DNA of 64,000 bases from Diplonema japonicum (lineage: Eukaryota; Protista; Euglenozoa: Diplonemea): positions 559,746 through 623,745 of the forward strand of contig OZ025676.1 of NCBI GenBank assembly GCA_964019335.1. The letters run 5' to 3'. Each line of letters starts with the position of its first letter. Position 1 is the stretch's first letter. The notes beneath the pieces were generated by a model that saw only the letters and a program-made list of their open reading frames with translations, searched no databases and was not told the DNA's origin. The position numbers were made by a program, and so were the translations under genes. Below are positions 33,414-47,233 of the stretch, piece after piece.

Positions 33414-34756
33414 ATTTTCATGAGGTCCTGCGAAGGTGTCATCTGCTGCATTTGTGGGGTCTGCGAGGGCCAACCAGTCTTTGCAGGTTGTGCCCACTGC
33501 TGCTTGGCCTGCTGTTGCTGGTGTTGAAGGCCAGGTGTCGGCATCTGTCGCTGTCCCAGACCAGATTGCATGCCCACGCCGGACATGCTAGGCATGTTGG
33601 ACATGCTTGACATTCCTGCCATACCCGGGGCACGCATCGCTTGGTTGGAGAACATGCCTGTGCCCAGCTGTGCAGGTGGCATGCCACCAGCCGAGAACAT
33701 CGTCTGCTGCGGCGGATGTTGGGGAGGGTGCTGGGGGTGCTGTGGGTGTGTGGACTGGAAACTGCTGCTGATAGGTGCCCTGGTGCCTGTCTGGAGCAGT
33801 GGCTGTGCATTCATGTGGTGTACAGAGCTATGCATCGGTTTTGCAGCTGCGGCTGCAGCGGCAGCTTTCTCAGCTGCAGCCGCGGCTGCCTGCTTTTCAG
33901 CTGCCGCTTGCTGCTCTTTGGCCATGTCACCAGCTTTTTTCACCATCAAGGAAAGCTTGGTCTGCAGTGTTTCCATGTGCCCACCATACGAGTCGGGCAG
34001 CGCCATGTGCCAGTCGGCCTCCTTGCACTTGAATTGCAAGTGGTTTGTTTCGTCGAAGAATTTCACTTGGGTCACGGTCCTCTTCTTGGCGGACTTGATC
34101 CCACTGTCGACGTGCAACACGATCTCACCATCTTCAAGGGTCACCGTGCACTGCTGGCCTGCTTCATCTTCTATTTTAATCTCTGTCTCAGTGAAGGTAG
34201 GTGGGGGTGCCACCCTCTGAGGCTTTTCGTTGATGTCGAAGCCAGTAATGTCTTCGTTGTTGCCACGGTAGCCTTTTCCTCCCTTACCGCCATAACCCTT
34301 TTTGCCATGCCCCTTCTTGCCACCATGACCTTTGTATCCCTTTCCTTCGTTGGAAAACTTTGTGTCAAAAAAGCCACTACTCGGCTCGATCTCGTGGGTA
34401 ATGGTGGCTTCTTTCTCCCTAACTCTGTCCCTGCTTCTTCGATCTCTCTCGCCGTAGTCATAGTCGTATCTGTTTTCCCTCAGGTCCTTGGCGTCCTTAC
34501 CCCAGCTTTCCCATGTGGCTCCTCCTTTCCAGCCCTTGCCTCCTCCCTTGCCACCATGACCTTTGTGCCCCTTTCCGTGCTGCATGGACCCCTTCCCCTT
34601 CCCCTTCCCTTTCCCCCAATCATCACCACCCTTGTGCCCGCCCTGCACAACGTGGTGGACCTTAGTTTTCTCTTCCTTCACCTGAACTTTGTCTTTGCTT
34701 GGCTCTGCCTTGACCTTCACCTTAATAGACTTCTCACCATCACTACCACTGCCCAT
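33097..34756 (-). CDS. Low-complexity (GK-rich and Q/P/M-rich) hypothetical protein, 2 short 3' introns
   Basis: 520-aa ORF; predicted introns give ...MNPIT|GMNFQGQ...ASL|TEY*. Confidence 0.75.
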
Positions 34757-35006
34757 CGTTAATATAGCGGCCCCCCTGGGATGTGTTAAGGCTCGGTAAA
34801 GTGGCGAAGAATGAAATGGGGGAAATTAAGTTAAAATTGCTAAAAACAGGCAAGAGAAACATTACTTCAAGAATAATGTACATCATCTACTAGCAGCAGC
34901 TTTATGTTTCAGGCCATAACCAGCACTTGGGGGGGGGGGGGGGGGGGGTTCATACGGAAGTATTGAGTTGAGGGTTCTTTTAGGGGAAAAAAATGAAAAG
35001 GGATAA

Positions 35007-36904
35007 CTATTTTGCACCCCAGTATGCCTTGTTGTTCTCGCAGAAGTCGATTGTGAAATGCATCTCAGGGAGGAACTCCGACATGCATTCAAACAGTGGG
35101 ATCACAATATAATTCATGAAGGCGATCTGCCCTTTAGCGACACTGGGTGTGTACCTATCCATGAACGGTGATATGACCTGGCCCATTGCCTGCTCCCTGT
35201 CGCCTTGCAGGTAGAACTCGTCCGAGATGTGATCACACCATTTTAGGTACAAGTCCTCTGGCCGGCCGCAGTTGCTAATATCTGCCATTTTCATCGCCAT
35301 TGACAGTGCCAGCCTCACATCTTCCTTCTTTGAGAAGGTCGAATCCTCGACTAATTTTCTTTTAAACGTGCTGATGATCTTCGCATGCAGGCCCATGTCT
35401 GTAGCTAGCACCATTTCAATAATTGTGTCCTTTATGTTCCTCCTCTGCTCCTCACAGAAGCACTCCAGCACGTTGTATTGGTCCAGCTTCATCAACTCAA
35501 ACACACAAGAAAGGTGAACGCTCTCCAAGATAGATTTGTCGTTGAACAGCGTGGCTAGATATGTCTGTGCTTTGATATGGAAGTTGTTGTTGATCCCCGG
35601 GTGGTTGTAGTCGTGGATCGCAGCAGAGAACAGTGCTGCAAAGATCTCTTCATCGGACAGCTTTGCTATCGCTGAGAGGCCGCCACTTGTGATGATGAAA
35701 TTGGTGACGTGCAGCACGTCAGCAGCGTGCATGCTGTTATGGTACGGGTTGGGGTGGTATCCTGCTTCCACGATGGATAGCCAGTTCAGGAAGATTTTCT
35801 CATTGATGTTGAATTTCTCCAGCAGCCTGTTCTTCACGAAGACGCAGTAGGTGACAATAAAGAGAGAACCGCCGTTAGGTTGCGACACAAGACCTTCGTA
35901 GCCGTATGAGCCGGAGAGAGCAGCCTGCACATCGAACACATTGAAATCCCAGTCCCCGAGCTTTTGGATGAGGTTGTACACAATGCTGCATGTCTGGTCT
36001 GGGAAGTTTTTCTTTATTTCCCCAAACTCCGCAACGGAGTACAGGGGGATAACGTTTGAGAACTTCGGATTAGTGGGTGTGTCCCCTTCTTCGGACTGAG
36101 GTTGCCACAAGTCTGTCTTCAGGATCTTCAAAAGATTCGCGTTGTATTCCACACACATCTTGCTCCCCAACGGGTTCCGCACCGCTGTGACCTCTTCCTC
36201 AGGATCGTCCTTCGCGTTCTCCACACCCTTGCTCTTCTTGTGCTTGTCCGCTCTCTTTATCTCACTCTCAATGTTCTTCAGGTCATCGAGTACCTTCTTG
36301 CTTTCGTTGTTGCTGAAGCATTCCTTTAGCTTGTTCACTTCAAACGCAGAGTCTTCCAACTTTTTAGACGCTTTTGCTTCTTTGTTGGAGACTTCCTTAA
36401 TCAGCTTATCGGGGTCTTTTACCAGTTTAAACCTCGAGTAAGACACCTGTGTGCGTGTGTGACGCAGGGAGCATACAATATTGGAAAGGATCATCGTCTC
36501 TCCATTTGCATCTTTGCTCTTAGGGAGTGTGAACATTCCCACAGAAGGAACCTGTGACTTGGTTATCTGCAGGCAAACATACCTCGAAATAACAGCTGTC
36601 TGCCTCAGCAGATGAAGTACATCGGTTTTCCACAAAACCTGACTGCATCAATTCCAACAGCTTCGGCCACTCAAGGTTGCTGGTCACCTTATTGCACTCG
36701 CTCTGTCGTGTTGTTGTAAAGAAGGCCGTTGCATACCTCCGTGAACGTACGGCCATAGGAAACCCCATCAGGATGGACTGACACAAAACACAGTGACATA
36801 GGCGTGGGCCCTGCCCGCAGTATTGTGAAGGTGTTGTTCGTCCCCCGTGTGAACATCTTCGGAGCGTACTCCATGTCATTGAAGTGCTGGTTATCCTTGG
36901 CCAT
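35007..36904 (-). CDS. Class I 3',5'-cyclic nucleotide phosphodiesterase, 3 short introns
   Basis: YHNSMHAADV, HDYNHPGINN, ATDM, MADISN, EFYLQGD, GQIAF. Confidence 0.95.
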
Positions 36905-37108
36905 GCGACCTATAAGCCTCTGCCTTTGGTTGCCAAGCCTCTTCCCATAAACCTTGCGCTCCTCCTGTGTGTATGCTGAATACACGTTGAAAATATAACT
37001 TATACAGGCTGGTATTGACAAATAAAATGTTAGAGGGTTATCCTGTTGGGTGAATCTAAGGAACAACAGCACTGAGTGCTATGATCTAGGGGTTTAACAT
37101 AGTGTGGT

Positions 37109-38202
37109 TTAATGGTTCAGTGTAGCATTTTGGATTCTGGCAAGAAGAACTTCTCTTTTGCCTGTAGCGTTGATCCCCTTGCTTTTTGCTTTTAGCTGCA
37201 GGTCACGGTATGTGAGCCCGCTGAAAGCGTCGTCGGACTCGCTGTCAGAAAGGGACTGGTTTTGATCGGATGGGCACTTTAGCTTTTTCTGAACTGCGCA
37301 AGCAAGAAGCTCCTTCTTGCCTCTACAAGGCACACCAACCTGCTTGGCAAGCAACTGGAGTTCCCGGTACGACAAGTCAAACGGGTTGCAAGGGGGCTCT
37401 TCCTCTCCTTCGCTAGAGGAAGACTCACTTTCCTCACGAATGATGGTCAACACAGACTGCCTATTCTTATGCACATCCACCGGACATCCGGCAGGGGGAC
37501 TTACATCCCCCAGAGTAGTAATAATACTTTCGCATGGAGTACCTTGCACGAGAGATCCTGTAAAGATGTTAGATGCAACAGGCATACCCTCCGTCATGAA
37601 TGAAAGCCTAGCTCTGGGTGTCAGCATAGTGCTCGTGGGTGACGGTGTCTTCTCCCCAACTGCACCGTCGGTCAAAGGGTACCTGTCGCAGTTTGGAGGG
37701 GAAATGCTTCATACTTAAAACTAACACTCTTCCTGGCAGACCTGACAGGTGTTTCCTCCTGCTCTTCCATAGCCTCTTTCTGAATGGTGGGTGGCATTGC
37801 GTTATTAACACCGATCTCTTGCACCTGAGGCAAAACTTCGGGATACACTGCACGAGTCACCGCAATCTGCGATTCCAGTGTGCTGTGTGCATCAAGCGTG
37901 GTGGCAAAGCTCATATCTGTATCCATCTCGAGGTCGTCCTCCATTTCAACGTCTTCATCAAATGTCATCTGCACAGGTGGCGGCGTAACAGGGGGGAACG
38001 TGATGGGGAAGCACGTGCTTGTTTTGACTGAATTCCTGTTGGCTGAGACACTTCCCAGAGCTCTACGCGTGCCTGACGTAGGTGTGGAGGACATGCCCTT
38101 CAACGGTGTGGGGCAGCCGAACCCGTCGTGCGAGTTGTAAGGTGACCTAGATGTGTACTTCTTCCAAGCAGGCATTGTGCCTGAGGCATGCGCAGCGTCC
38201 AT
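37109..38202 (-). CDS. Protein with two C-terminal SAP/HeH-like motifs, 1 intron
   Basis: LSYRELQLLAKQVGVPCRGKKELL and LTYRDLQLKAKSKGINATGKREVLLARI; a GTATG...CAG intron near 37685-37714 joins two ORFs. Confidence 0.7.
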
Positions 38203-38272
38203 GTGTAGTTCTGCAAAGATAGCTTCAGGATTGTGGGCTTAGATACTAAGCAAGTGACGATGCTGGAAAGCA

Positions 38273-38683
38273 TCATGTAAATGTATGACCCCCGGGACCA
38301 GTACCAAGGTCTCTAGTGCATTTTCCTGATCGATGGCAACGCTGCTTTGCCGCTTCTTGCTTGGCATGGGCAGAATCTAGATCCCTGTCTCTGTAAGGGA
38401 CCTGCAGACTGGTGGTGCCCTCCGATTGTCCGCGCAGTTTGTGGCGCTCTCTCAGGAGTTCACGGTACCTGTCGCCCTTCCTCTTCGTGTAGTTGACCAA
38501 GCGTGCTTTAAAGTACTGTCCTGCATCACCCTTGTTGTTCAGCACGCTGCCCCCCTCCTCCCTGCGATAGTCGCTGTTCTTTGTTCGCTTCTGGGACCCG
38601 TAGTAATCCCCACTCACCACACCCACTGCCCCACCTAAAGCGGCGTACAGGAGGCAACCAACAAAGCACACCCACAGTGACAT
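38273..38683 (-). CDS. Small hypothetical protein with hydrophobic N-terminus
   Basis: 136-aa ORF; signal/anchor-like N-terminus. Confidence 0.55.
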   Translation of the reverse strand: MSLWVCFVGCLLYAALGGAVGVVSGDYYGSQKRTKNSDYRREEGGSVLNNKGDAGQYFKARLVNYTKRKGDRYRELLRERHKLRGQSEGTTSLQVPYRDRDLDSAHAKQEAAKQRCHRSGKCTRDLGTGPGGHTFT

Positions 38684-40465
38684 GTCTAGCTGTGATGCGA
38701 ATAGAGTTCTTTTACACTGAGGCTCAGAAAAGAGAGAAGAAAAGAAAAGAAAAAAGGGGGAAGGAAGAAAAAAATGTGTCTTTTAACAAGAGGGAGGGTG
38801 AGGAGGGATTGAAAGAAATGGGGGCGGGTGGGGGAAAGAATAATACGAGAGTGTGGTGGTAAAAAAAACGGGAATGGGGGGGGGGGGGGGGGTTGTATGC
38901 GGGTTATGCTTTCTTTCTTTGTTTTTCAGTTTCTCTTTCGTTCTTTGCTTCTCGTTCTCTCTCCCCCTACTCTTTTTTTTCTTTTCTTGCTTTCCCCCCT
39001 TTGCCCTTGTGGTTTACAAGACAGGTCTGACAGCAATCACCCTCGCCTGCGCTGACATCACAGGGGAAAGAATTCTTGAGAGCAAGGGGCATGCAGTCCT
39101 TTGTTCCCCACTTTTTTTATTGCTTTTTTTTCCCTTTCAGTTTTGTCCATTTCACGTCTGTCGCAAAAGAAAGAAATATACAGTATGCGATCAATAAGCA
39201 AAGTAAAAAAAGGTGGGGAAAGAAATAAACTCATGTGACAAGAAAGAGAGAGCGTGAGAGGGGGAGGGAAGGGAGAATAAATCACTGTAGTGGGGCACCC
39301 CTAAAGAAAATAAAAAACCAAGCCTCTTGTGTTTCTGACACGGTGAGGTGGCCGTGTTGCCCCCTCGTGATATTTGGCCGTTTCCTTTCTTTCTTTTTTT
39401 TTGCAAACCTCTAATTTTTCTAATTCATTTTTTTTTTTTTTTTTTTTTTTTTTCAATTTCTCTTTTCTCCCAAACCTCACAGAGTACCAAGTGAGGAATA
39501 ATAAAGAATGCGCAGTGCCTCGAGGGCTTGGCAAGACAGGCGGTGGGGAAGGAAGGGAAGGGGTGTGAAATGAATAAAATATGGGCAAAGTCTTTTACTT
39601 TCTCGAACCCAGTAAAAAACGCCCAGATTTACAAGGGGAAAAGAAAAAAATGGAGGGGAGTGGATGTGTAGTAACATAACGCACATTCTTTCTTCTTCTT
39701 TTTTATTTCTTTCTTTTCTTTTTTGTTTTTCTTTGAAAAATGAAATAGCCTGTCTCCAGGAAGAACATAAAAATGGGACGAGGGGGAGGGAAGGACTGGT
39801 GCACTCCTGGCCGCCTTTCTCTCTTTTCTTTTTCAGAACTCGTCTTTTCAGTGGAACTAGCGCCTCTTTCGGGCTCCTAAGACAGAGGAAAAAGAAGAAA
39901 AAAAACTAGATTGTTCGGGGTGGGTTTTTGTCTTCTTTTTAAAATTGTTTCTTTCATTGACTTCCTCCTTTTTTCTTTTCTATTCTTTTCTTTTGTGGGA
40001 ATACAGAACTGTCGAGGGGAGAGCTGCACGGAAAATGGGACATTGGTGAACAAAAAGGGATGAGAATGAGGGGTAAAGAAAAGGGTGCAAAAAAAAATCA
40101 TTTACAGTCATAATGGAGGGTGTTGTCAAGTGCAGATTTTTAGAAAAGAACAGTAAGGTTAAAGAGGGAGGGAAAAAGATGGGAAGCAAAAAAGGGGGAG
40201 GTATCTTTTCCCTTTTCCTTTCATTTCCTTTTCTTTGCCCCCTTCTTCGCCCAGAGACGGGAGGAAGGGCGGGTAGGATGGGCAGGGGAAAAAAAAGAAT
40301 AGAAGACAAAAAAAAAGGGTGATGTGGCTGACAACAATAATAAGAAAAAATTGTATGTATTTTTTTTTTTTTTTTTAAATTCTGTTTTTCTCCCCGCAAT
40401 TGTTGTGGTCTTTTTTCTTTTTTTGTCCTTCCCTTCCTATGCCCCTCCACAATCTTACTGTGCAC

Positions 40466-43400
40466 TCACCAGAACTCATTCTCCTGCCAAAAGCCCTTGT
40501 TTTCGTCGACAATTGAAGTTGCCATCTGCATGTGCTCAAGGAACTCACCCATACACTCAAACAAGGGCATGACAATGTAGTTCATGAAGCCAATCTGTGC
40601 CTTGGACATGACTGCGGTGTACCGGTCCATGAAGGGCGACACTGGCATTCCTGTCAATGGGTGGTGATTGTACTTGCAACAGCATACCATGAAGCCTCTC
40701 TCTGTCGCCCTGTTGGAAGAACTCGTCGACAATGACATTGCACCATCCGTGGTACAACTTCTTGGGACGCCCGCAGTTCGAGATGTCAGCCATCTTGATG
40801 GTCATGGTAAGAGCAAGATTCCTGTCCGACTTCTGTTTGTACATTCTCATCTCCGTTTCGTCGATCCTCTTCTTGAATCTGGCCACGAACATGGAATGCA
40901 GCCCCATATCCGTCCCCAGCACGAACTCCACGATGTCGTCCCTCATCTGCGAGTAGTTCTCACCTTCGAAGGCCTTTAAGATGTTGAATTCGTCCATCCT
41001 CATCAACTCGAACACGCTGCTTGCATGGATGTTCTCGTTCACACTCCTATCATTGAACAGCACAGCTAGGTAGTTCTGCGACCTCACATGGAAAGCATTG
41101 TTTATCCCCGGGTGGTTGTAATCGTGGATCGCAGCCGCAAAGAGTGCTGCGAAGACTTCCTGATCCGTTGCTCTCACGAGACTCTGAAAATGGTGTGGAG
41201 AGGGTTACCAAAGCATACCTTGCACCCACCCTTGCCCAAGATGTAGTGTGTGACGTGCAGCACGTCAGCAGCGTGCATGCTGTTATGGTACGGGTTGGGG
41301 TGGTACCCTGCTTCCACGATGGACAGCCAGTTGATCAGCGTTTGTTCGTTGATATTGAACTGTAGGGTGGCATTTGTGTTGCTCTTGCTGGCATACCTGC
41401 TGCATGAATCCCCACTTGAAGCACAACGCGTACATGGTGATGAATAACGACCCACCATGCGGCTGCTCTCTGAGGTACTCACCCGAAATGCCCCCCGACA
41501 TGGCTGTCTGCAGCTCGAAGACGTTGAAATCCCAGTCATCCAGCTTCGTAACTAAATCGTAGATCAGCTGCCTTTTGTGATTGTCGATAGACTGCGTGAC
41601 CTGTGGGTGTGGTGCGGGTGGTTCCCTGTGCATACTGAGTAGAACTCAGATGAGAAGTAAGGCAGAATCACGTTGTTGTACTTTTCTGTGGGCAAGGGGT
41701 CCTCCGTCACCCCCCCATCGGGAGACATGTATCGCGATTTGAGAATTTTTAACAGCTCGTTGTCAACATCTTTACATTGCGGCGGCTTAGCAACACCAGG
41801 AGGGAGGGGCGACTTCAAGGGGTTTCTCACCTGTAGCATTGATATCGAGTAACAAAGTGTGTCACACCTTGATAGCTAACGCATCTTCTATTTCTAGTTT
41901 TTGATTGGGGTCACCGCCCTTGCTTCTGACATCCTCCTCAAGCTTCTCTAAATCTCCTTCGCCTGCCTTCACCTTCGCGTTGCACGCCTCAATGCAGCCC
42001 TCGAGAGTCTGTAGTGTGTTGCAGGTGCTTTTTATTGGTACCTTCTTCTCGCGTTCAAGCGCAACGCACTTGTTGCCCTTTGCTTCCACTTTCGTTCGCA
42101 GTTCTACGATCTTTTTGTCGATCTCCTTCGGTTTTTCTAGTTGCCGCAGCTCTGTCCCGCTGATGATCTCCCGCAGCATGAAGCCTTGCACGTCAGTCAC
42201 AGACTCCAGCGGCAGTGTCAAGTCAAGGTTCGCTCCCAAGGACAGTGTACACTCGCCTTCACCCCAGACCACCTTCACGTCGCCAGTCTCGAACCTCTTG
42301 ATGACATCTTCTATCTTGGCTTCCCGCTTTGCCAGTGTTGCATCTCCAAACCTCTGTGAATAGCCTCCTCTCTTCTGACTGGCAACCGTTATCCAGACGG
42401 TCCCATCATCAGGTCCCGGTCTGGCACAGGCGACTGCGTCGTCTAGTTCCTTGTAGACTCTTCCCATCAGCGCCAAAGCATGTCCTGCCCTTGTTGAATC
42501 CCCTCCATGTTCCTCCCACGTTTTCTGTGCACGAATAAGTTTGGTTGTTGGTGCATACTCTGTTCATTTTTACGTTGTCTGCAATGTGCTGCAGATCTTT
42601 GCAAAGTGCGGCGATTGAGGTGGCGAGCGGCAAGGTGACCTGAGCGAGTGATGTAATTTGCAAGTGCATACATTATCTATTATTGCAACTTGTCCAGATG
42701 CGAAATCATAATCGTGTTTTGAGCTGTCGGTACTCCACTTGGTACCATGGAAAGGTGTAGAGGTGATGCCTAGGGCAATTTCTTTCTCGCCTTGTTTGTA
42801 GAATTCATCTGCAAGGAGTTTCACCCATTTTTCGTGGATTTCAGGTGACTGGGCCCAGGCTGACCAGTGCGCCAGCTGCAGCACGTGTGTGAGGGCTACA
42901 CGCTGGTTGTCCTTGTTGGTCCACTCGGTGTTGTTGTTGACCATGTTTTTGAAATCTGCAAGGCGAGTCTCTCGGGTTCCCATTTGCACATTCGCCCTAA
43001 TGACGATGACCTCCCTCACTGTATCGATGATGTCGCGGACCGAGTCAGAAGGCAGAGTAGCAAGGATATTGCAGTGGGAGTTGTTCATGAGCTCGAATGC
43101 CACTGTAGAGTTGTTCTGGCAGTTGGCATACAGGTCACTGTAAAGCATCGACAGCATCGATTGCGCTTTCTTAATGAAGGCGTCATCCACTCCTTCGTGG
43201 CCAACGTTGTAAATGCCTGCTGCGAGGATGCAGCTGAAGATGTCCTCAGGGCTCATGCTTAACGGTCCCTTCAAGTGTTTTATCAGATAGTGCATGGCGC
43301 ACAGCCCCTGTGCGGACTGCTGCGTGTTGTGGAATTCCGGATTCTTGCTCAAATTATCGATACTGGTCCAGTAGTTCAACACGACGTTCTCATCCATGTC

Positions 43401-44475
43401 GAAGTGCTCAATAAGGTCGTAATGCTTGAACAGTGCCATTGCAACATCAGCGGCCACCAAGCCTTTCTCCAGCACGTCGTAGTCCCACGTGATTTCTTCA
43501 CAGTTAATCTCTTTCACCTCCCTCTTGCAGGGCGGTACAGTATCATACATCGTGTCCAGCGGGTGGGTGGGGAAGTGGTTCAGAACTTGTTTCATCTTCG
43601 CCATCTTGCCCTCCTGCTTACCAACTGCTCGCTTTGCTTTCGTCGCCTTTTCCTTCAACTCAGGGATCACGTCTACGGTGAAGTGACTTCACATATTGTC
43701 CATACCTTTGTATTTCTTCTCTGCATCTTCACCCGCTTCTACGATCGACTCAACAATCGACATCTCTGCCTCTTTTTTAAGGAAGTCGTTTTCTTTTGAA
43801 CCTCTCGAATCCTGTTGGATATGATGTGCTAGACGAGCATACCTTTACTTCAAGCCTAAGGCTCTTCAGTTTGGGAAACGACCTCAGGAAGTGTGTGTAA
43901 ATAGCTTCCGATTCATTCGAGACTTTTTCAACAGGGATCTTGCACAACAGATCTTTTGGTTCCTTGCCTTGCCTCATTTTGATTTCCACAACGGAGTCTT
44001 TCAGTGAAAGGTACCCCTTTGTGAAGGCGTTGTTGAGCATCTTCCAGAATGACGGCCACTCGACCTCTCCAAGGGTGTCCTTTAGTGAGGTGATTTGCTC
44101 ATCAGTGAGCTGCACGGAATATGTTTGCGGATTCTTCATATTGTAACAAGCAAAAGTTAAGCCGTTTTTGCTTGTGATGTGCGAGTAGGCAATAAACAGC
44201 TTGTCGGAAGCAACACACATCTTCATTCCAGGCCATACTCGTTCCCTCCCAGGCAGCACAGTGTACTCTTCAGCGCATTGGTTCACGCTGCTGACCCCAC
44301 TCCCATTCCCGCCACTCACTGCAGGTGATTTCGTCCCACCTCCCTCAATACCCCCATCCTTGATGTTTAATGGCTGTTTGCCATCTCCAGGATGCTTTTC
44401 CGGCTTTTTGTCCCCTGGTGTAGTTACTGTGTCAGGTCTACTATTCTTTTGTGATGTTGAGTTTCCACACCCCAT
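40466..44475 (-). CDS. Tandem-domain phosphodiesterase (degenerate PDE plus intact PDE), many short introns
   Basis: MGCGNS start; first domain FHNTQQ...IYNVGH (degenerate), second YHNSMHAAD...HDYNHPG...ADISN; splicing AIIDN|VTLP...KMNR|KTWEEH...ALMGRV links the halves in frame. Confidence 0.85.
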
Positions 44476-44622
44476 CGCATTGATATGTTTGTTTATATCA
44501 AGGAAACAAGCATCACGGGTTGCACTGTGGTGAGATGAAGTTGGTGGGATAACAAATAAATATGACACTTCGTTTGGACAGAAAAACACGGTGCAGATTA
44601 ACAATCTGTGAACTGTATGTAC

Positions 44623-46501
44623 CTAGCCGTTCACTATGAAAGGTGCTTTCGGTGAGCGTGTAACAGTTGCCTTGCAGCTTACCAAGCCCGTATTTTCTTT
44701 GTGGAAAACATATTCCTCAACATGTGGTACTCGGTGATGTGCACAGACTGCACGTCGTACCTGTTGATGATAGTAGAGTCTAGCTGTGAGGCAATGGTGA
44801 TGTCCACAAGAGCTGCCACTGAAGGAGACGCGTATGTACCTAGTGTGGTAGAATAGTAATTAAAATGTGCACACCTGGCTTTACTCGCACTACTGGCACA
44901 CGAATACTACTCACAAATTTTCCCCATTGTACATCGCCGAGGTCTGTCGAGACGAATACTTTCTCTACGTGCTGATTCTTCACCATGGTGTTAATGGTCT
45001 CGGTCACGAGGGAAAGAGGGGGGTCACACTGCTCCGAGATGTCTGACGAGGTTTCCTGAACCCCATTCAATAGCGAGGTCATAAACATGAGGGGCTCTTC
45101 GTTTTGTGTTGTGCACTTCTCTATCCATTCTTTGGTTTTAGGCAAGCGAATGGAGAGGGATTTCTGTAAAACATGAAATGAGACAGCAGAATGCATACCA
45201 GGCTTGTTAAATTATTTTCTGCGATGAAAGTGGCTGCTTCGTTCCTGATCTTGTCAGAGGGAACGAGTTTCGACCTGGTCTTCCAGAACAGCTTGGATCC
45301 GTATTGCTCTTTCGAAGAGTACCCCAAGCACAAAAGCCTAAACGCACCTGTCTGATGCTGAACGGCACAGTCCTTGCAGAAGGATACATGCGGTGTGACA
45401 ACGAGGTCGTGCAGATATTCAATATCACCTAGTTGGTTCTGGAACATTGTTGGAAAAGCAAGCTCCGACGAGATGTTAACACCTGAAGCACACAAGGTGT
45501 ACTCATACAGCATGCGCATGAGTCGCGGTGCAGTTGACTTCTGGATTGCCGCATCGACCATGATGCCGTATGAGAGGGGGCGGTTGCCCTCGTACCCCTT
45601 CCATACAGGCTTGGACCAGGTAGTAGAATCCTCGCTGCTGCGGACTGCGCTGAAGTACTCAACATCTTCAGCAATCCCCTCGTTGACCTGATAGGGTTGT
45701 TTGTAGGTGCTCGATATCTCTGACTTGTTCGGAGGGAGAATGTCCCCCAACCTTAAGTGGAACTTTGCGGAGTTCTCCGAGGACCAGCGCATCATGAGCT
45801 CAGTAAGGTAGTCAGGTGTGACTGTGACTTGCTGTTCACCCACTCGCTGTTTGAGGCGGTTGTGTTCGTTGGCTAGTTTCCCTATGTTCGCCAACAACAA
45901 TTTTGCCTCTAAAGATGTTGTAGAACTGAGCCTCTTGGCTCTCTTTTCAAGCTTAGCATGAACCTGTTCTAGCTTTGCGATCTCCTGTTCATGTGGTACG
46001 TTCAGCTTACAGAACATAAGAACATACCGCAATGTCCTCATTGTCCTGACGCTCTCGGACAGCCCTCTCGACTTCAGCAGTCTCAAGACAGTCAGCCTGC
46101 CTGCAAAGTATGATGACATGGTGTTGCTAGCATACATCTTAACAAGGTCAGCTGTTGTCGCACGCAATTTATTGTTTTTTGTTTCAAGGTCTTGACGTCT
46201 GGAGAAAGCAGCAGCGGCAGAATCTTTCATGCTGCCTTCCAACTGTGGAAATATACAATACATTAAGACATACTATATTGTCACTCTTTATCATCTCTTC
46301 GTTACATTTGAGCAGCTCTTTCATCAACACTTCGTCCCTCACTCTGTTTTCCTGGAAACCAGTGACGTGCTTCTCACTTCCTTGTGAAGCTCCCAGCTTG
46401 TAAGCAAAGGTGAAGAGTCCAAGCACTGCTGCCACCAAGGCAAAGGTGACAAGGGTGCCATCTTTTTCGGGTTTGCGGGTTTCCTTTGAAGACATTTTCA
46501 T
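44623..46501 (-). CDS. Type II membrane glycosyltransferase-like protein (O-fucosyltransferase-like), several introns
   Basis: N-terminal TM, coiled-coil stem, C-terminal KVFVSTD and AALVDITIAS motifs. Confidence 0.55.
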
Positions 46502-47233
46502 TTTAGAACCACCTGTTGCGTTGTATATGGTAGTGGTAGTAAGCAGAGCTATAGAATAGAATACAGTATTAAGGCAGCTCACTGCGGGCGTACCTAGCGG
46601 AGGAAGCAGTAAGTCCCCGCAGCAAGCGTCAAGCTGGAGTGGAGGGCAGCGAGCCGCACGTGCCTGTCGGTTGAAGGGTTCGCCTCGCAATGCGTTCCTG
46701 CGATTGGGCTTCTGGTAAAATACATGGCAGTGCCTGTCTCCTGGGAAGGAAAAGAGAAAAGAAAAAAATGGTGAAACACTTATCTGCACAGAGTCATTAA
46801 CTAACCAACCTACACCAGAGGTCGCAGCAGCTGTTTCGGATACGTCATCCTTGAGGCCAACGCCTTGCGGAGCAGTCACGCGGTCAGCATTCATACATAC
46901 TGACGGTTGCTGCCGCGACGTGCTCGGTGGAGATCTGTCAAATCTACCAGTAACTACTACTAGGCCGGATGGTTACTGCAGAGACGCAAAAGAACTGATC
47001 GGATACTATGTACAGTAGGCCCGTTGGCATCCTGCAGTGCTTGACTCGAGTGATACTCGTCATGACTCATTAATGCACTTTTGGACAATTGAAAAGATCT
47101 GTGTTACATATGAAGTGCCTTCTTGCATACATCCTCGGGTGTGACGCCTCTCTCGATGGACTGCTGTGTTGCTTTCTTGAGCATAGACTCCGACTGCGGT
47201 CTGACAGAGACACCTTGCACGGAAAGAGTGTCG

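Noticed and set aside
35007-44475. Stop-codon reassignment or programmed frameshifting to explain fragmented ORFs
   Set aside because: Each break examined is resolved by a short canonical GT-AG intron.
46469-46482. GGGTTTGCGGGTTT, an internal match to the terminal octamer
   Set aside because: Under two units and inside a coding region (ETRKP); probably chance.
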